DNA from: Mobula hypostoma
Taxonomy: Eukaryota
DNA length: 64,000 nt
Assembly (NCBI RefSeq): GCF_963921235.1
Contig: NC_086097.1
Coordinates: 190,404,001 to 190,468,000 of the forward strand
Direction of reading: 5' to 3'
Part shown: positions 35,194 through 49,508 of the stretch, piece by piece
Numbering within the stretch: the first letter of the stretch is position 1
How the letters are laid out: every line of letters starts with the position of its first letter
The notes under the pieces: generated by a model
The model's input: the letters and a program-made list of their open reading frames with translations, nothing else
What the model was told of the DNA's origin: nothing
The model's database searches: none
Position numbers and translations under genes: made by a program

Positions 35194-36465
35194 ACATAGA
35201 ATAGTACAGCACAGTACAGGCCCTTCAGCCCACAATGTTGTGCCGACCCTCAGACCCTGCCTCCCGTATAAGCCCCTAACTTAAATTCCTCCATATACCT
35301 GTCCAGTAGTCTCTTAAACTTCACTAGTGTATCTGCCTCCACCACTAACTCAGGCAGTGCTTTCCACGTGCCAACCACTCTCTGAGTAAAAAACCTTCCT
35401 CCAATATCCCCCTTGAACTTCCCACCCCTTACCTTAAAGCCATGTCCTCTTGTATTGAGCAGTGGTGCCCTGGGGAAGAGGTGCTGGCTATCCACTCTAT
35501 CTATTCCTCTTAATATCTTGTACACCTCTATCATGTCTCCTCTCATCCTCCTTCTCTCCAAAGAGTAAAGCCCTAGCTCCCTTAATCTCTGATCATAATG
35601 CATACTTTCTAAACCAGGCAGCATCCTGGTAAATCTCCTCTATACCCTTTCCAATGCTTCCACATCCTTCCTATAGTGAGGTGACCAGAACTGGACTCAA
35701 TACTCCAAGTGTGGCCTAACCAGAGTTTTATAGAGCTGCATCATTACATTGCGACTCTCAAACTCTATCCCTCGACTTATGAAAGCTAACACCCCATAAG
35801 TTTTCTTAACTACCCTATTCACCTGTGAGGCAACTTTCAGGGATCTGTGGACATGTACCCCAAAATCCCTCTGCTCCTCCACACTACCAAGTATCCTGCC
35901 ATTTACTTTGTACTCTGCCTTGGAGTTTGTCCTTCCAAAGTGTACCACCTCACACTTCTCCGGGTTGAACTCCATCTGCCACTTCTCAGCCCACTTCTGC
36001 ATCCTATCAATGTCTCTCTGCAATCTTTGTCAATCCTCTACACTATCCACAACATCACCAACCTTTGTGTCATCTGAAAACTTGCCAACTCACCCTTCTA
36101 CCACCACATCCAGGTCGTTAATAAAAATCACAAAAAGTAGAGGTCCCAGAACAGATCCTTGTGGGACACCACTAGTCACAATCCTCCAATCTGAATGTAC
36201 TCCCTCCACCACCACCCTCTGCCTTCTGCAGGCAAGCCCATTCTGAATCCACCTGGCCAAACTTCCCTGCATCCCATACCTTCTGACTTTCTGAATAAGC
36301 CTACTGTGTGGAACCTTGTCAAATGCCTTACTAAAATCCATATAGATCACATCCACTGCACTACCCTCATCTATATGCCTGGTCACCTCCTCAAAGAATT
36401 CTATCAGGCTTGTTAGACACGATCTGCCCTTCACAAAGCCACATGATCTGCCCTTCACAAAGCCA
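35194..36465 (-). mobile_element. 5'-truncated CR1 (same subfamily as 55410-58039) inserted in an older + strand CR1 (~35130-35190 and ~36470-37160)
   Basis: [45 protein letters not shown] on the minus strand; flanks are decayed CR1 sequence in the other orientation. Confidence 0.93.
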
Positions 36466-37764
36466 TACAGAGTCAAATTGTGTAAATCACACAGGATTGG
36501 CACACAGGTAGAGCAAATAATTTATAAGGTTACTGTAATGTTGTGCTTTATTGCAAGGGTTATGTTTTATGAAGGTCGGAAGTTTTGATGCAACTTTAAA
36601 GGACACTGGTGGGGACCACATCTGGAGCACTACATACAGATGTGGACTCCAAATTTAAAGAAAGATGGCATTGGAAGCAGTGGGGAGACATTTCATTAAT
36701 TGATTCTCAGAATTAATGGGTTGATATATGAAGAAAATATGAGTAGGGTGGGCTAACACTCACAGGAGTGTAGAACGATGAGAAATTATCTTACTAAAGC
36801 ATAAGATTCTAAGGAGGATTAACAGGGTGGATAATGAGGTGATGTTTCCCTTAATGGGGGTATCTAGAACAGCATGGTTTTAGAACTAAGTGGTCATCCA
36901 CATAAAAACAGAAAAGAGGAGGAATTACTTCTTTCATTAGATGATATAACTCTGGAATTGTCTATCCCAAAGAACTGTGAGTTGGAATCATTGAATATTC
37001 TCAAGGCAGAGATTGACAGATATGTGAATTACAAGGGAATCAAAGGGGAGTAGGAAGGTGATGCCTAAGGTCAAGATTTTATCAGTGAACATCTTACTGA
37101 ATAGCACAGCAAGCTCAAGGGGCTGATTAGCTTACTCCTGTTCCTGTGTCTTGTTTTTATAAGTCCATTTGAGAATTCTGCACAGACAGCACAAATTCCA
37201 AAGCACTTAAATTTTTTTTTCAATATACTACAGCTGAGCCTTCTGACTGGATGACCACAATGTTCTTTAATGATTATTGCTCCATCTTGAAGGATTTACA
37301 CATGTATTCTGAAATACATTACTGTTCTCAATATTATTTCTGTTCATAATTTAAGATAGAAGACACAATGAATTCCTTGTGCGAGTTTCTCATAGTCTGA
37401 AGCTGCTATGCGGTAAAATCATTTTTAATAACACATACATTACTTTTGCTGCAGAGTGCAGGGTTGTTTATGCACTATTTGTTGCCTTTTGGATCAGATG
37501 CAAAACAATTTTTCTCTCTCTTTCGGGCAGATGTTAAAAAAAATCAGAGTGTTATTTCGATAAGGAACAGAGATGAATATTTATCCCTCAAACAGCATCA
37601 TTAAAGTAAATTAACTGGCCATTATCACAGTTCGGTGAATAGTATACACAAATGGACTGCAGCTTTTCCTACAATATTTTTAAAGGTTCTTCATTGGCTT
37701 GAAAACATATTGAATGCTCTGTGATCAGGAAAAATTCAACATAAATGCCAGAATTTTTTGTATC

Positions 37765-38245
37765 TTAAGACCATAAGACATAGGAGTAGAACTAGGCCAC
37801 TTGAGTCTGCTCCATCAATCCATCATGGCTGATTTATTATCTGTCTCAACCCTATTTTTCTGCCTTCTCCCCATAACCTTTAGCACCCTTACTAATCAAG
37901 AACTTATCAACCTCTGCTTTAAATGTACCCAATTAATTGGCCTCTACAACTGCCTGTGGCAAAGAATTCCACAGATTTATCACCATTTGGCTAAAGAAAT
38001 TCCTCCGCATCTCTGTTCTAATGAGATATCCTTCTATTCTGAGGCTGTGCGCTCTGGTCATAGGCTCAACCACTATAGGAAACATTCTCTTCACATCCAC
38101 TCTATCTCACCCTTTCAATAGTCGATTGGTTTTAATGAGATTGCCCTCATTCTTCTAATATTCAGTGAGTACAAGCCCAGAGCTATCAAACGCTCTTCAT
38201 AAGTTAACTTTTTCATTCCCAGAACCATTCTCATGAACCTCTTCT
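37765..38245 (-). mobile_element. CR1 3' fragment
   Basis: cataagacataggagtagaactaggcc tail and ggcaaagaattccacagattt (VNLWNSLP-like on the minus strand). Confidence 0.85.
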
Positions 38246-40529
38246 GGACCCGCTCCAATGCCAGCACATCTTTTCTTAGATAAGGGGACTAAGACTGCTC
38301 TTCAGTGTACAAGTTATCAATTTACAACAAAAAAATAGATGATTATTGTCATACAGAAATGTTTTACATTTAAGTTAAAGTATTTCAGAGATTTAAGTGG
38401 TTTTGGACATTTATTCCGCAGCTTTAGAATCATTGTGATGTGAATTGAAGTTACCAAATATTCAGAATCAGAGCCTGGAAAGGTGCTGGTATTTTAAAAT
38501 GTCTTTAAATGTAATCCATCATGCCACAGTGATTCATGCAAATGTTATGACATAACATTTGATATGCCATTTGAGGAGATATCAGGGTTGATAAACAAAA
38601 GCTTGGATCCATGAGGCTTTTGAGGAAGAAATGATAAGTAATTTTATAATTTAAGCCTTAGCAACTGAAAACATAACCCTCAGTGGAATAAACAACTAAA
38701 TTATGGAGCTCAGATGTTTTGGAGGGTTGTAGGAATGGAAAAAAAAATGATCGTGATGATGTTGGGAGAAACCAAGGAGATGTTTGAAAATATCACTTCC
38801 TGAAGCATGAGAGTATCTCATCTAATTCCTAACATGTACTTTGTAAATGATGGGAAATATTTTAGGTTGCCAGGTGAATATGTTGCAGAAGTAGAAATAG
38901 ATGAATCTTAGTAACAATGCAAATATGTGCGCTAAGCTCATCTCAACAGAGGTTGAAAAGAGTCCCCTTCTTCTGTAGACTGAGGGCAATTTATTTGTTA
39001 GTGTCAGACTCTGGGCTGAGAGAGACAAGAAATTATGGCAGTGGGTGAAGGAATTTTTAAAAAATGCATTTAATCTTTGGTGGGAGTTGAATTGAAATAA
39101 CAGAAGGCAAGATGAGTTAGTGAAAGCATGAGACAGAAGAAAATCTAGCAAAAGACTCAAGTTAAGTCCAGTGTGGGTGAAACACTGGACCATTTCAGCA
39201 TCATGATCAAGTGAGAGGGTAGGAAGTGACAAGCTAACAGATCAGATTGGTTTAGCATTAAGTAACAAAGGAGTGCATGAGTTCCTCACACTTGGAATAG
39301 ACAAGGCGGGGTGTTTGAGACAGGAATAAGCAAAATTTCTTCGGGAAGATTGTTTGCAGTAAAACTGGAGATTATTTTTCCATTACAGCATGATCCTAGA
39401 ATAATAAGCAGTTTGGGCTAATGAGAATGGAGACTAATTGTGCTCCATGAAAAGCTGAGAGATCTGCTGATGAACAGCTCATCCACTGCCCATTACACAT
39501 CCATTGAAGGATTCTGCACTGACAGCAAAAATTGGGGGGTTCTGTGAACTGTATGTCAGCATGCAGCAAGGGCAACTACAAACCAATTAGCTTAATGTCT
39601 GTAGTTGGAAAACTGCCTGCAGCTATCATTAAGAAAGAAATAGTGGAACAGCTAGTTAAAAGTGGTTCCATCAGGCAGAAACAGCTTGGACTCAAGAAGG
39701 CCATGTTTGACAATCTTATTGGATTTCTTTGAGGACATAATGACCACAGTGAATGGTGGAACAGGTAAATGTTATGTATTGGAGTATCCGAAGATGTTCA
39801 ATAAAGTGCCAAACTAAAGACTTATCAATGAGGATGCATAAAGTTGGAGGTAATATATTAGCATGGAGTTTGGATAAATAGCTGTTTTTTTGGTTGCCGG
39901 TCAGTAGTAAGCACGGGGCCACAAGGGTTGGTGGTGGGCTCGCAACTGTTCACGATATACTTTAACGATCTGGAAGAAGGAACTAAATGCACCATATCTA
40001 CATATGCTGACGTACACTAAATTGAATGCAAAAGCAAATTGCTCAGAGGATTTGGAAAATCTGCACAGAGACATACATGGGCTAATTGAGTGGGAAATGT
40101 TCTTGCAGACAGAATGCAATGTTGGTAAATGTCAGATAATTCACGTGGGAAGGAGTAATAGAAGATCAGAATATCATTTCAATGGTAAAGGTGTGCAGCA
40201 TGCTGTTGTACGAAGGGACTTGGGAGTGCTTGTGCATAAATTGTAAAAGTTTGATTTGCAAGTGCAAGAGGTTATCAAAAATGCAAATGCAATTTTGGCC
40301 TTCATTGATAGAGGGATTGAAGTTAAGAGCAGGGAGGTTAGGCCACACCTGGAATACTATGTGTAGTTCTAGTCTCCTTACTTCAGTGAATATGTACCGG
40401 CTTTGGAGGTTCATCAGGCTGATTCTTGAGATGAGGGTGTTAGTTTGAGGAGAGATCAAGTTGCCTGAGACTATTCTCACTAGAATTCAGAGGAATGAGA
40501 AGGCACCTTATAGAAACATAAAATTATGA

Positions 40530-42822
40530 TCATAAGACATCGGAGCAGAATTAGGCCATTTATCCCACCAAGTCTGCTCTGCCATTCAATCATGGTTGAT
40601 CCTTTTTTCCCCTTCCTTAGCCCCACTCCCTGATCTTCTCCCCATAACCTTTGATACCATGCCCAATCAAGAACCTAATAATCTCCTTAAATACACCCTA
40701 TGACCTGGCCTCTACAACTGCCCGTGATAACAAATTCCACAAATTCACCACACTCTGGTAAAAGAAATTTCTCCACAACTCTGTTTTAAATGGATGCCCC
40801 TCTATGCTGAGGTTTTGCCCTCTTTTCCTAGACTCCTCCCACATGGGAAACATCCTTTCCACATCTACTATGTCTTGACCTTTCAACATTCAAAAGGATT
40901 CAATAAGATACCCCTTCATCCTTCTAAATTCCAGCGAGTACAGGCCCAGAGCCATCAAACATTCCTCATATGACAACCCTTTCGACCTGAAATCATTCTT
41001 GTGAACCCCCTCCAAATCTATTCAAATGCCATCACATCTTTTCTGAGGTAAGGAGCCCAAAACTGTTTACTATACTCAAGGTGAGGCCTTACTAGTGCCT
41101 TATAAAGCCTGAGCTTCACATCCCTGCTTTTATATTCTAGACCAATTGAAATAGATGCAAACATTGCATTTGCCTTCCTCACCACTGACTCGACCTGCAA
41201 GTTAACCTTTAGGGTGTCGTGCACATGGAATCCCGATCCCCTTTGCATCTCAGATTTTTGGATTTTCTCCCCGTTTGGAAAATAGTCTGCACATTTATTT
41301 CCTCTACCAAAGTGCATAACCATGCATTTTCCAAAATTACATTTCATTTGCCATTTTCTTACCCATTCTCCTAATCTGTTTAAGTCCTTCTTCAGCTTTC
41401 CTATTCCTCAACACTACCTGCCCCTCCAGCAATCTTTGTATCATCTGCAAACTTGGCAACAAAGCCAACTATTCCATCGTCTAAATCGTTGATATACAGC
41501 TGTGACAAGAATACACATAGATTACGATGTAGCTGTCCTGTGCTGGCACCAGTGGAATCAGCAGTTGGTCTGCCACCTGTCTTCAGGATAGAGAGATAAG
41601 GAAGACAATGGAGCAGCATTTGGAGATGTTAATGAAGGAAGGAGAGCTGTCAAGAGCAGCTCCCCCTTTGAACCCTGAACTGTTTGAAGTGATGGACAGG
41701 CGATACCCCAGCAGGGGGATAAAAAGGGACAGGTTCACTAAGGCAGGACACACACACGACACCCGAGGTAACAAGACCCTGGAAGCGGTGCGTCTCTCAC
41801 AAGTCGGTGGGAAGTACCGGGCCATAGACGCACAGGGTGGAAAGGCACGATCGGCGGGAACCTGGTGTGTGTCCACCCTTGCCTTGGTGCTGGGTTCACC
41901 GCAGAGAAACAATCATATCTGGAAACGGAGGGGTCACGGTCGGTGACCTCAGATGACATCACAAAGGACTCGCCTGAAAGCTGACTGCGAAGGTCTGAGT
42001 GGAAGCCTTGAATATTCATTCGTTTTGCTCTCCCTCTCCTTCCCCCACACTGTCCATCTCTCACGGCAGCGATTACTGCGAGCTGAACTGAACTAAATTG
42101 AACTGAACTTTGCGTCACTTTGAAACTGGTCATTTACTGGACAACGATAGAGCTTGATTGATCCTGTTATCTTAATTCTGTGCACATGTGTGTTTATCAT
42201 TGCTGAACTGTTGCATTCATTATCCTTTTGATTAGAGTACTGTGTTGCTTGTTTCTTTAATAAAACTTCCTTAGTTCTAGTAATCCAGACTCCAAATGAG
42301 TGATCTATTTCTGCTGGTTTGGCAACCCAGTTACGGGGTACGTAACACTGCATAAAAAGAAATGGTCCCAACACTGACCCCTGCAGAACACCACTAGACA
42401 CAGGCACCCAACCAGAAATGGATCCTTTTATTCCCATTCGCTGCCTCATCTAACCAGCCAAATCTCTAACCACGCTGGTAACTTTCTTATAATACCATGT
42501 GCTCTTCATTTGGGAAGTAGCCTCATGTGTGGCACCTTATCAAAGGCCTTCTGAAAGTCCAAATATACAACTTCCACTGCATTTCCTTTATCCATCAACT
42601 CCTCAAAGTATTCCAACAGGTTTGTCAGGTAAGATTTTCCCTTAAAGAGATCATGCTGACTTTGCCCTGTGCCATCAAGTACTCCATAACCTCATCCTTA
42701 AAAATTGACTCCGACATCTTTCCAACCACAGAGGTCAGGCTAACTGGTCTGCTGCCTCCCTTCTTTCTGAAAGAGTGGAGTTTTCCAGTCCTCCAGAACC
42801 ATACCAGAGTCCAACGATTTTT
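40530..42822 (-). mobile_element. CR1, 5'-truncated, split by a solo LTR
   Basis: [52 protein letters not shown] on the minus strand. Confidence 0.9.
41501..42347 (+). mobile_element. Solo LTR (847 bp, probably Gypsy-type)
   Basis: TGTGAC...GTAACA ends; TSD CAGC/CTGC (one mismatch); AATAAA at 42259; the CR1 sequence rejoins across it. Confidence 0.88.
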
Positions 42823-44901
42823 AAAAGGGATAGATAAGATAGAGGAAGGAAAGTTGCTTCCACTGGTGAGTGAAATTAGAATTAGTGCAAAGGACTCAAG
42901 ATTCAGGTGAATCAATTTGGAATGGAGATGAGGAAAAACCGCCTGTCCCCGAGAGTAGAGAATCTGTGGAATTTTTTGCCTCGGAAAACAATAGAGTCTA
43001 CCCCATTAAATGCCTTTAAGAAACAGTTAGATAGATTTTTGCATAGCAGGGGAATTAAGGAAACAGACAGGGTGCTAAAGTTGAGTCCACGGCTAGATCA
43101 ACCATGATCTTATTGAATGGCAGAGAAGAATCTACAGGCCAGATGGCCTACTCCTGCTCCTCTTTCTTATGTTCTTATGAACTACCACAGTGAAAGAAGC
43201 CAGGTTTTAATGCAAAGTTGTCGTACAAGAATAGGTGAGCGTTTCATCAAGTGATTTTGTAACTGAGATAAATATTACAGAATCAGAGTCAAATGCATTT
43301 GAAAGGGCTTTTTGGCTCCACAGGTCTAGGCTAACCAGTAAGCAACCATCTACACTAATCCCATTTTATTCTCCCCACATTCCCATCAACTTCCTGCATG
43401 TTCCAACACCCACCTACACAGCAGAGGCAACTCACTGTCACCTATTAACCCCCTATCAACACCCACATCTTTAGAATATCGGGTGAAACCAGAGCACCTG
43501 AAAGAAATACATGTGTTAGCAGGGAAAATGTGAAAGCTCCACATACACAGTACCATAGTTCAAGACTGAACTCAAGTCGCGAAAGCGGTGAGAAAGCTCC
43601 TTTACTCACCACCACTGTGGCATCTAAAGTCCACTTTCTGCTTCTATAAATTTACTCAGGTGTGACTTTAAAAATGCAGTTGTAACTTTTGGAAAAAAAA
43701 TATCAAACTGAATTTATTAAGTGTTCAGATAGACTCTTGGAACTCCTGGACATCTTCTAAAGGCATTTTAATTCCAGACAATCCTCATTTTGCTATTTAA
43801 GATGTTTAATTGCTGAAATGGATTCTTTTTGCTTGTATACCTGCATGGTCAGATTCATATAGAACATCTAACACAATCTATGTTAACTATTGCCCATTCA
43901 CTTCAATCTGTCAACATCTGTGCCATTTCAACATTGACATTGCTGAATACTAATTACAGCAAAATGGATTAGAAACCACTGCAGAGACCAGTATGCTATG
44001 TTCAGTAAAATTCCAGTAGACCTGGAAGGTCTGCAGAATATGTTTAAAATGTAATTAAGCAAGGCTGTAAACTTGCATGAGAAAATCCATTGATGCTGGA
44101 AGTCTAAGCAACATACACAAAATGCAGAGGAACTCAGCAGGCTAGGAAGCATCTATGGAAAAGAGTAAACAGCCATCATTTCAGGCCGAGACCCTTCTCC
44201 CCTGGTTTATTCCCAGCAGAAAGGGTGAAAGTAACTTAAATTTCTCAGTAGTATATACTGTACTTACATTACTGATTTAATCTGTTGTCATTTATTGTGG
44301 CAGTCACTTGTTGGATATATCTGCTTATCGTCATCGCTGTCTACCAAAAGAAGGGCTTAATACCACCTTTATAATCAACAACTAACTTTCTAAGTTTTAA
44401 TGTTGATAATGGGTAACAATCTTTCTAATATTTAACTAAAGATTTAGGCATCAATTTTGTTCTGTACAGTCCAAAAACTATTACCTAAAAACTGAAGAGA
44501 ATTGGAAGCTTTTCCAAAGGTTGCAGCAACACTGAAGCCACAAGGGCATCTTGGATGAAGGTAAACCTCAATCACTTAAGATTCCCACCCAGAAAATCTA
44601 GACTGCAGCAAATCACCTGTGTCATTAAATTTGCACAAATACAGCTGGAAATAGGACTCTTGTCCAATCAAGAATAAAAGCAGCAAAATAAGCTGGTTCT
44701 CTTTCTTTAAACCTGCTCTAACAATAAGAAGTGCAGTTATCAGTAAGCTCCATAGTGATGGGGGATTTTCTGCATGGATGTTCCTCATGTGCTGTAATGT
44801 CATATGCAACACAAGGATGGGGGGAGAAAGGCAAAAAAAAATCATTTGCATCATTTTCCTTGACCTCTGCATCTTTTCCAAAGGTACAGCACTGGATGTA
44901 C

Positions 44902-45007
44902 CTGTTCAAAGGATCATCTGGAATGGGTAAATCTACTGACTCAGCAACCTTTTGAGCCAACAGGTTCTTTTCATGGGATATCACAATTTTACCACAAAGC
45001 TGGTGCA
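44902..45007 (-). CDS. Candidate internal exon of an unidentified host gene
   Basis: cttttttcattag| acceptor and |gtacat donor; 106 nt; only one open frame, (V)HQLCGKIVISHEKNLLAQKVAESVDLPIPDDPLN; non-repeat sequence. Confidence 0.35.
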
Positions 45008-45774
45008 CTAATGAAAAAAGTTATGTATCAAAATTTTCTAAAAAATAAAAGATTGTTTGACTTAGGACCTAAAATTACTATTGTCAGGAGATATGGAATT
45101 GGCTCCTTGTTAGGCAAAGTCTTCTTCGTTGTGACTATGTTTTATCTGTGCACTGTTTGCATTCAAATCCTTTAAAGACATGGTTATAATTTGTTTGCAA
45201 GTTTTCATTTCTCATTTGCATTTGGCCCTTCTGGAATGGGTCCACGTACGTAATTACAAATTGGTATCCATTCCCATCATTCTTTCAACAAATGTTATTT
45301 AGCAGTGAATAAAAAGAAAAAAAAATGATATGGGAGTCTAAGCATTGTAAACAGAGTCAACCCTGTTAGAGAATTCAGGCAGGATCCACACATATGTTGC
45401 CGTATGGACCACTAAATATTGACCAGAAGAATTTGCTTTTCATTCTTCTTTCTTGGAACATTATACTCTCCCGCCGTACTTCTAACATAACATAAGACTT
45501 CTCAATGGACCAGAGATTAAGCCCTGGACCTTTCATGTTTTCTATTGCTCAGTACCACCACATTAGTTATTTATCCACTGTGCTTTATGAACATTATGCG
45601 TTCCTTTCCTACATTAGCTTTTTGTGGTTACATTAGAGAGTTGACGGAATATATCGTTAGATTACTGGAAAATAAATTGTAACAAAGCAGAATGTTTAAT
45701 CTACTTGGTTTAAATGTAAGAGACAAACAACTCATGGATGGCAGATTGAAGCACAGGTTGACCACTTCCTAATG

Positions 45775-46520
45775 CAAATCATGCTCCTCTGTGGAGAGTC
45801 AGAAGCACTAAATTTCTTGGAGTGCTCATCATGGATGATCTCACCTGGTCCCTCAACACCACCTTTTCAGTCAAGAAAGCACAGCAGCGCCTCCACTTCC
45901 TGAGGAGACTGAGGGGAGCAAAGCTCCCTGACTCTATCCTAACCATATTCTATTGGAGCACCATCAAGAGTTTTCTGACCAGTTGCATCACTGTCTGATA
46001 TGGGAATTGAAAGGCAGCTGACCACAAGATCCTGCAAGAGATTGTGAAGACTGCTGAGAGGATCATCAGTGTTTCTCTCCCTCCCCCAACTCCTCCAGTC
46101 CAGGATATATACTAGAAGCCCTGCATTGTCAAGGACAGCTCCCATCCACCCCACAGTCTCTTTGACCTCCTACCATCAGGGAGAAAGTACCACAGTATGT
46201 GCACAAGGACTGTTAGGCTGGTTAACAGCTTCTTCCCCCAGGCTGTGAGACTTTTGAACACTCTTCTACCACTGAGTACACATTATTTATGACAGCATCA
46301 GAAGCATTATACTGGTGTATATTTAACAAGGTGTCATGTTTTCACTTTATGTCAACTTGTGCATTTGTAGATTTATTTTCATTATCTGTTAACATTGCTG
46401 AGTTAATATTATTTTATGTGATATATGTACTGTGTTTTGCACCTTGGACCCAGAGCAACCTTGTTTCATTTAGCTGCATACAGGTACAGTTGAATGACAA
46501 TAAACCTGAACTTGAAATTG
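45775..46520 (+). mobile_element. Rex/Babar LINE 3' fragment
   Basis: KFLGV...LTWSLNT...KKAQQRLHFLRRL; caataaacctgaacttgaa tail. Confidence 0.85.
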
Positions 46521-46799
46521 AAATGACTGGCACTTGAAAACAGAGGACCTTTATGCCCCATTTCAATAGGCATTCCTGCCGAAAGCAAGTGAAAGACTGG
46601 ATCACACAGACACTGCTAATGTTGTAACCATCTGGCACACACCCCAAAGGCACCCCCAATGTAGTATGTGTGATAATACAATTACCAAGTCACTAATTAA
46701 TCTACCAATGCTTGAAATCTTCTGGGAAGGATGGAATTTGAAGCTATTGCCAATATTGCAAAAAGAAAATTGCAAGAATGTTTGCATTCTGTCTGATTG

Positions 46800-49240
46800 T
46801 ATCTTGTGTTTTTTTTATGACGATGTCCAACTGCCTTTTAACAGCTGCTTTTCTACTTGCCTCAACTACTTCCTCTGGCAGCTCATTCCACATACATATG
46901 ATTGTTTGTATAAAAATGTTGCCCAATAAATTCCTGTGAAATTTTACCCCTCTCACCTCTTAGTTCTTGGTTCTGTAATGCTAGGAAAAATGCAGAGTGT
47001 ATTCCCCCTATTATCCCAGTCATGATTTTACATATTCAACTCTATAAGATCACCTGTCAGTTTCCTACACTGTAAGGACTGAAGTCCGAGCCTATTATAC
47101 CTCTTCTTACAACTCAGTCCCTCAAGTCCTGACAGCACCATTGTAGACCTTTGCTGCACTCTTTCCAGTTGAATTTCACCTTTCCTATAGCATAGCAAAC
47201 AACGGTGAACACAATACTCCAATGGCAGCCTCAACAGTATCCTATACAACTGCAGCATGACCTCCTCACTTTATACTCAGGTCCCTGACTTACAAAGGCC
47301 AGCATGACGGAAGCCTTCTTCACCACTCCGACTACCTGTAACTTCACTTTTAGAGAAACATGTGCTTGTACTTTAAGGTTCGTCCATTCTATCTGAACAT
47401 AAAACACAGAAATCTACAGCACATTACAGGCCCTTCAGCCTGCAGTGTTGTGCTGACCATATAACCTACTCTAGAAACTGCCTAGAATTTCCCTACCACA
47501 TAGCCCTCTTTTTTTTCTCAGCTCCATGTACTCACCTAAGAGTTTCTTAAAATACCCTATTGTATCCACCTCTACCATCGTCGCTGGCACTGCTTCCACA
47601 CACCCACCACTCTCTGTGTTAAAACTTTACCTCTGACATCCCCCCTGTACCTACTTCCAAGCACCCTAAAACTATGTCCCTTAGTGTTAGCCATTTCAGC
47701 CCTGGGAAAAGCCTCCAGCTATCTACACAATCAATGCCTCTCATCAACTTATACACGTCTATCAGGTAAACTCTCATCCTCCATCCCTCCAAGGAGAAAA
47801 GGCCAAGTTCATTCAACCTATACTCATAAAGCACACTCTCCAATCCAGGCACCATCCTTGTAATACTCTCTGCACTCTCTCTGTAGTATCCACATCCTTC
47901 CTGTTGTAAAGTGACCGAAACTGAACACAGTACTCCAAGAGGTGTCTAACTAAGGTCTTATGTAGGTGTAAAATTACCTCACGACTCCTGAACTCAATCC
48001 CATAGTTGATAAAGGCCAAAACACCATACGCTGTCAACCTGTGCAGCAGCTTTGAGTGTCCTATGGACAGAGACTCAAAGATCTCTCTGATCATTCACAC
48101 TGCCAAGAGTCTTCTCATTAATATTATATTCTGTCTTCAAATTTGATCTACCAAGATGAACCACCTCACACTTATCTGTGTTGAACTCCATCTGTCACTT
48201 CTCAGCCCAATTTTGCGTCCTATCAATACCCCACTGTAACCTGTGACAACCCTCCAGACTATCCACAACACCCCCAACTTTGCATCATCAACAAACTTAC
48301 TAAGCCTTTTACTTAGGAAGGAGTACAGTCAACTGTACCTCTTCCTAGAGATGCTGCCTGACCTGCTGCATTCACTAGCAAGTTTGATGTGTGTTGCTTG
48401 AATTTCCAGCATCTGCAGCATTCCTCGTGTTAACCCTTTTACTTCCTTATCCAGGTCATTTATAAATATCACAAGGAGGAGGGGTCCCAGAATCGATCCC
48501 TGTGGAACACCACTGGTCACCGACCTCCATGCAGAATACAAACCATCTATAGCCACCGTTTGCCTTCTATGGCAAGCCAATTCTGAAGGAGCCTTGCATG
48601 GGGAACCTGATCAAATACCTTACTGAAATCCATATACATTACATCCACTACTCTACCTTCATCAATGTGTTTCTTACGTCCTCAAAGAATTCAATCAGGC
48701 TTGAAAGGCACGACCTGCCCTTGACAAAGCCGCGCTGACTATCCCTAATCAGATTATGGCTCTCCAGATGGTCATAAACCCTGCCTCTCAGGATCTTCTC
48801 CAACATCTTGCCCACCACTGAAGTAAGACTCACTGGTCTATAATTCTCTGGGTTATCCCTACTCCCTTTCTTGAACAGGGGAACAACATTTGCAACCCTA
48901 CCGTTCTATTCTCACACAGCTCATCCTCTTGCTCTTTACATACTTGTAGAATGCTTTGGGTTTTCCTTCTCTTGGGGCCCCTTCTAGCTCTCCTAATTTC
49001 ATTCTTAGGCTCCTTCCTGGCACCCTTGTAATTTTCTAGAGCTCTAACAGTACCTGGTTTCTTGAACCTCTTGTAAGCTTTTCTTCTCTTCTTAACTTTT
49101 CTACATCCTTTGTACACAATGGTTCTTTAACTCTACCATCCTTTACCTGCCTCAATGCAACATACAGTACCTATGCAGAACTCCATGCAAATGTTCCCTG
49201 AACATTTACCACATTTCTACTGTGCAATTCCCTGAGAACA
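46800..49240 (-). mobile_element. Two CR1 copies (old ~46800-47390; younger ~47395-49240) with a Penelope fragment inserted at 48315-48430
   Basis: [39 protein letters not shown] on the minus strand; tail at ~47395. Confidence 0.88.
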
Positions 49241-49244
49241 TCAG

Positions 49245-49508
49245 TGCTATTACAGCTCAGGCCATCGGAGATTAGATTTCAATGTCAGCGCTGTCTGTAA
49301 GGAGTTGGTATATCCTCCCTGTGAAGGAGGGGGTTTTCCTCTGGGTGCACCAGTTTCCCCCATCATTTCAAAGATATACCCAGTTAGGGAGTTAAGTGGT
49401 CATTCTAAATTGTCCTGTGGTTAGGCTAAGTAGATGAGTTGCTGGTCAGTGCAGTTCCTTGGACTGGAAGGCCCTGCTCTATGCTGTATCTCTTAATAAA
49501 TAAATAAA
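49245..49508 (+). mobile_element. tRNA-derived SINE
   Basis: gctattacagctc...ctgtctgtaaggagttggtatatcctccctgtg...gggttttcctctgggtgc body; gctgtatctcttaataaataaataaa tail. Confidence 0.7.

Larger units (their letters stand above)
39565..43180 (+). mobile_element. Old CR1 (39565-40529 and ~42823-43180) split by a younger antisense CR1
   Basis: NYKPISLMSVVGK through ...gaaacataaaattatga|, resuming |aagggatagataagatagagg...ENLWNFLP and the 3' tail. Confidence 0.8.

Noticed and set aside
41583..42133. ORFs of 109-131 aa on both strands
   Set aside because: They lie inside a TG...CA solo LTR and show no protein motifs.
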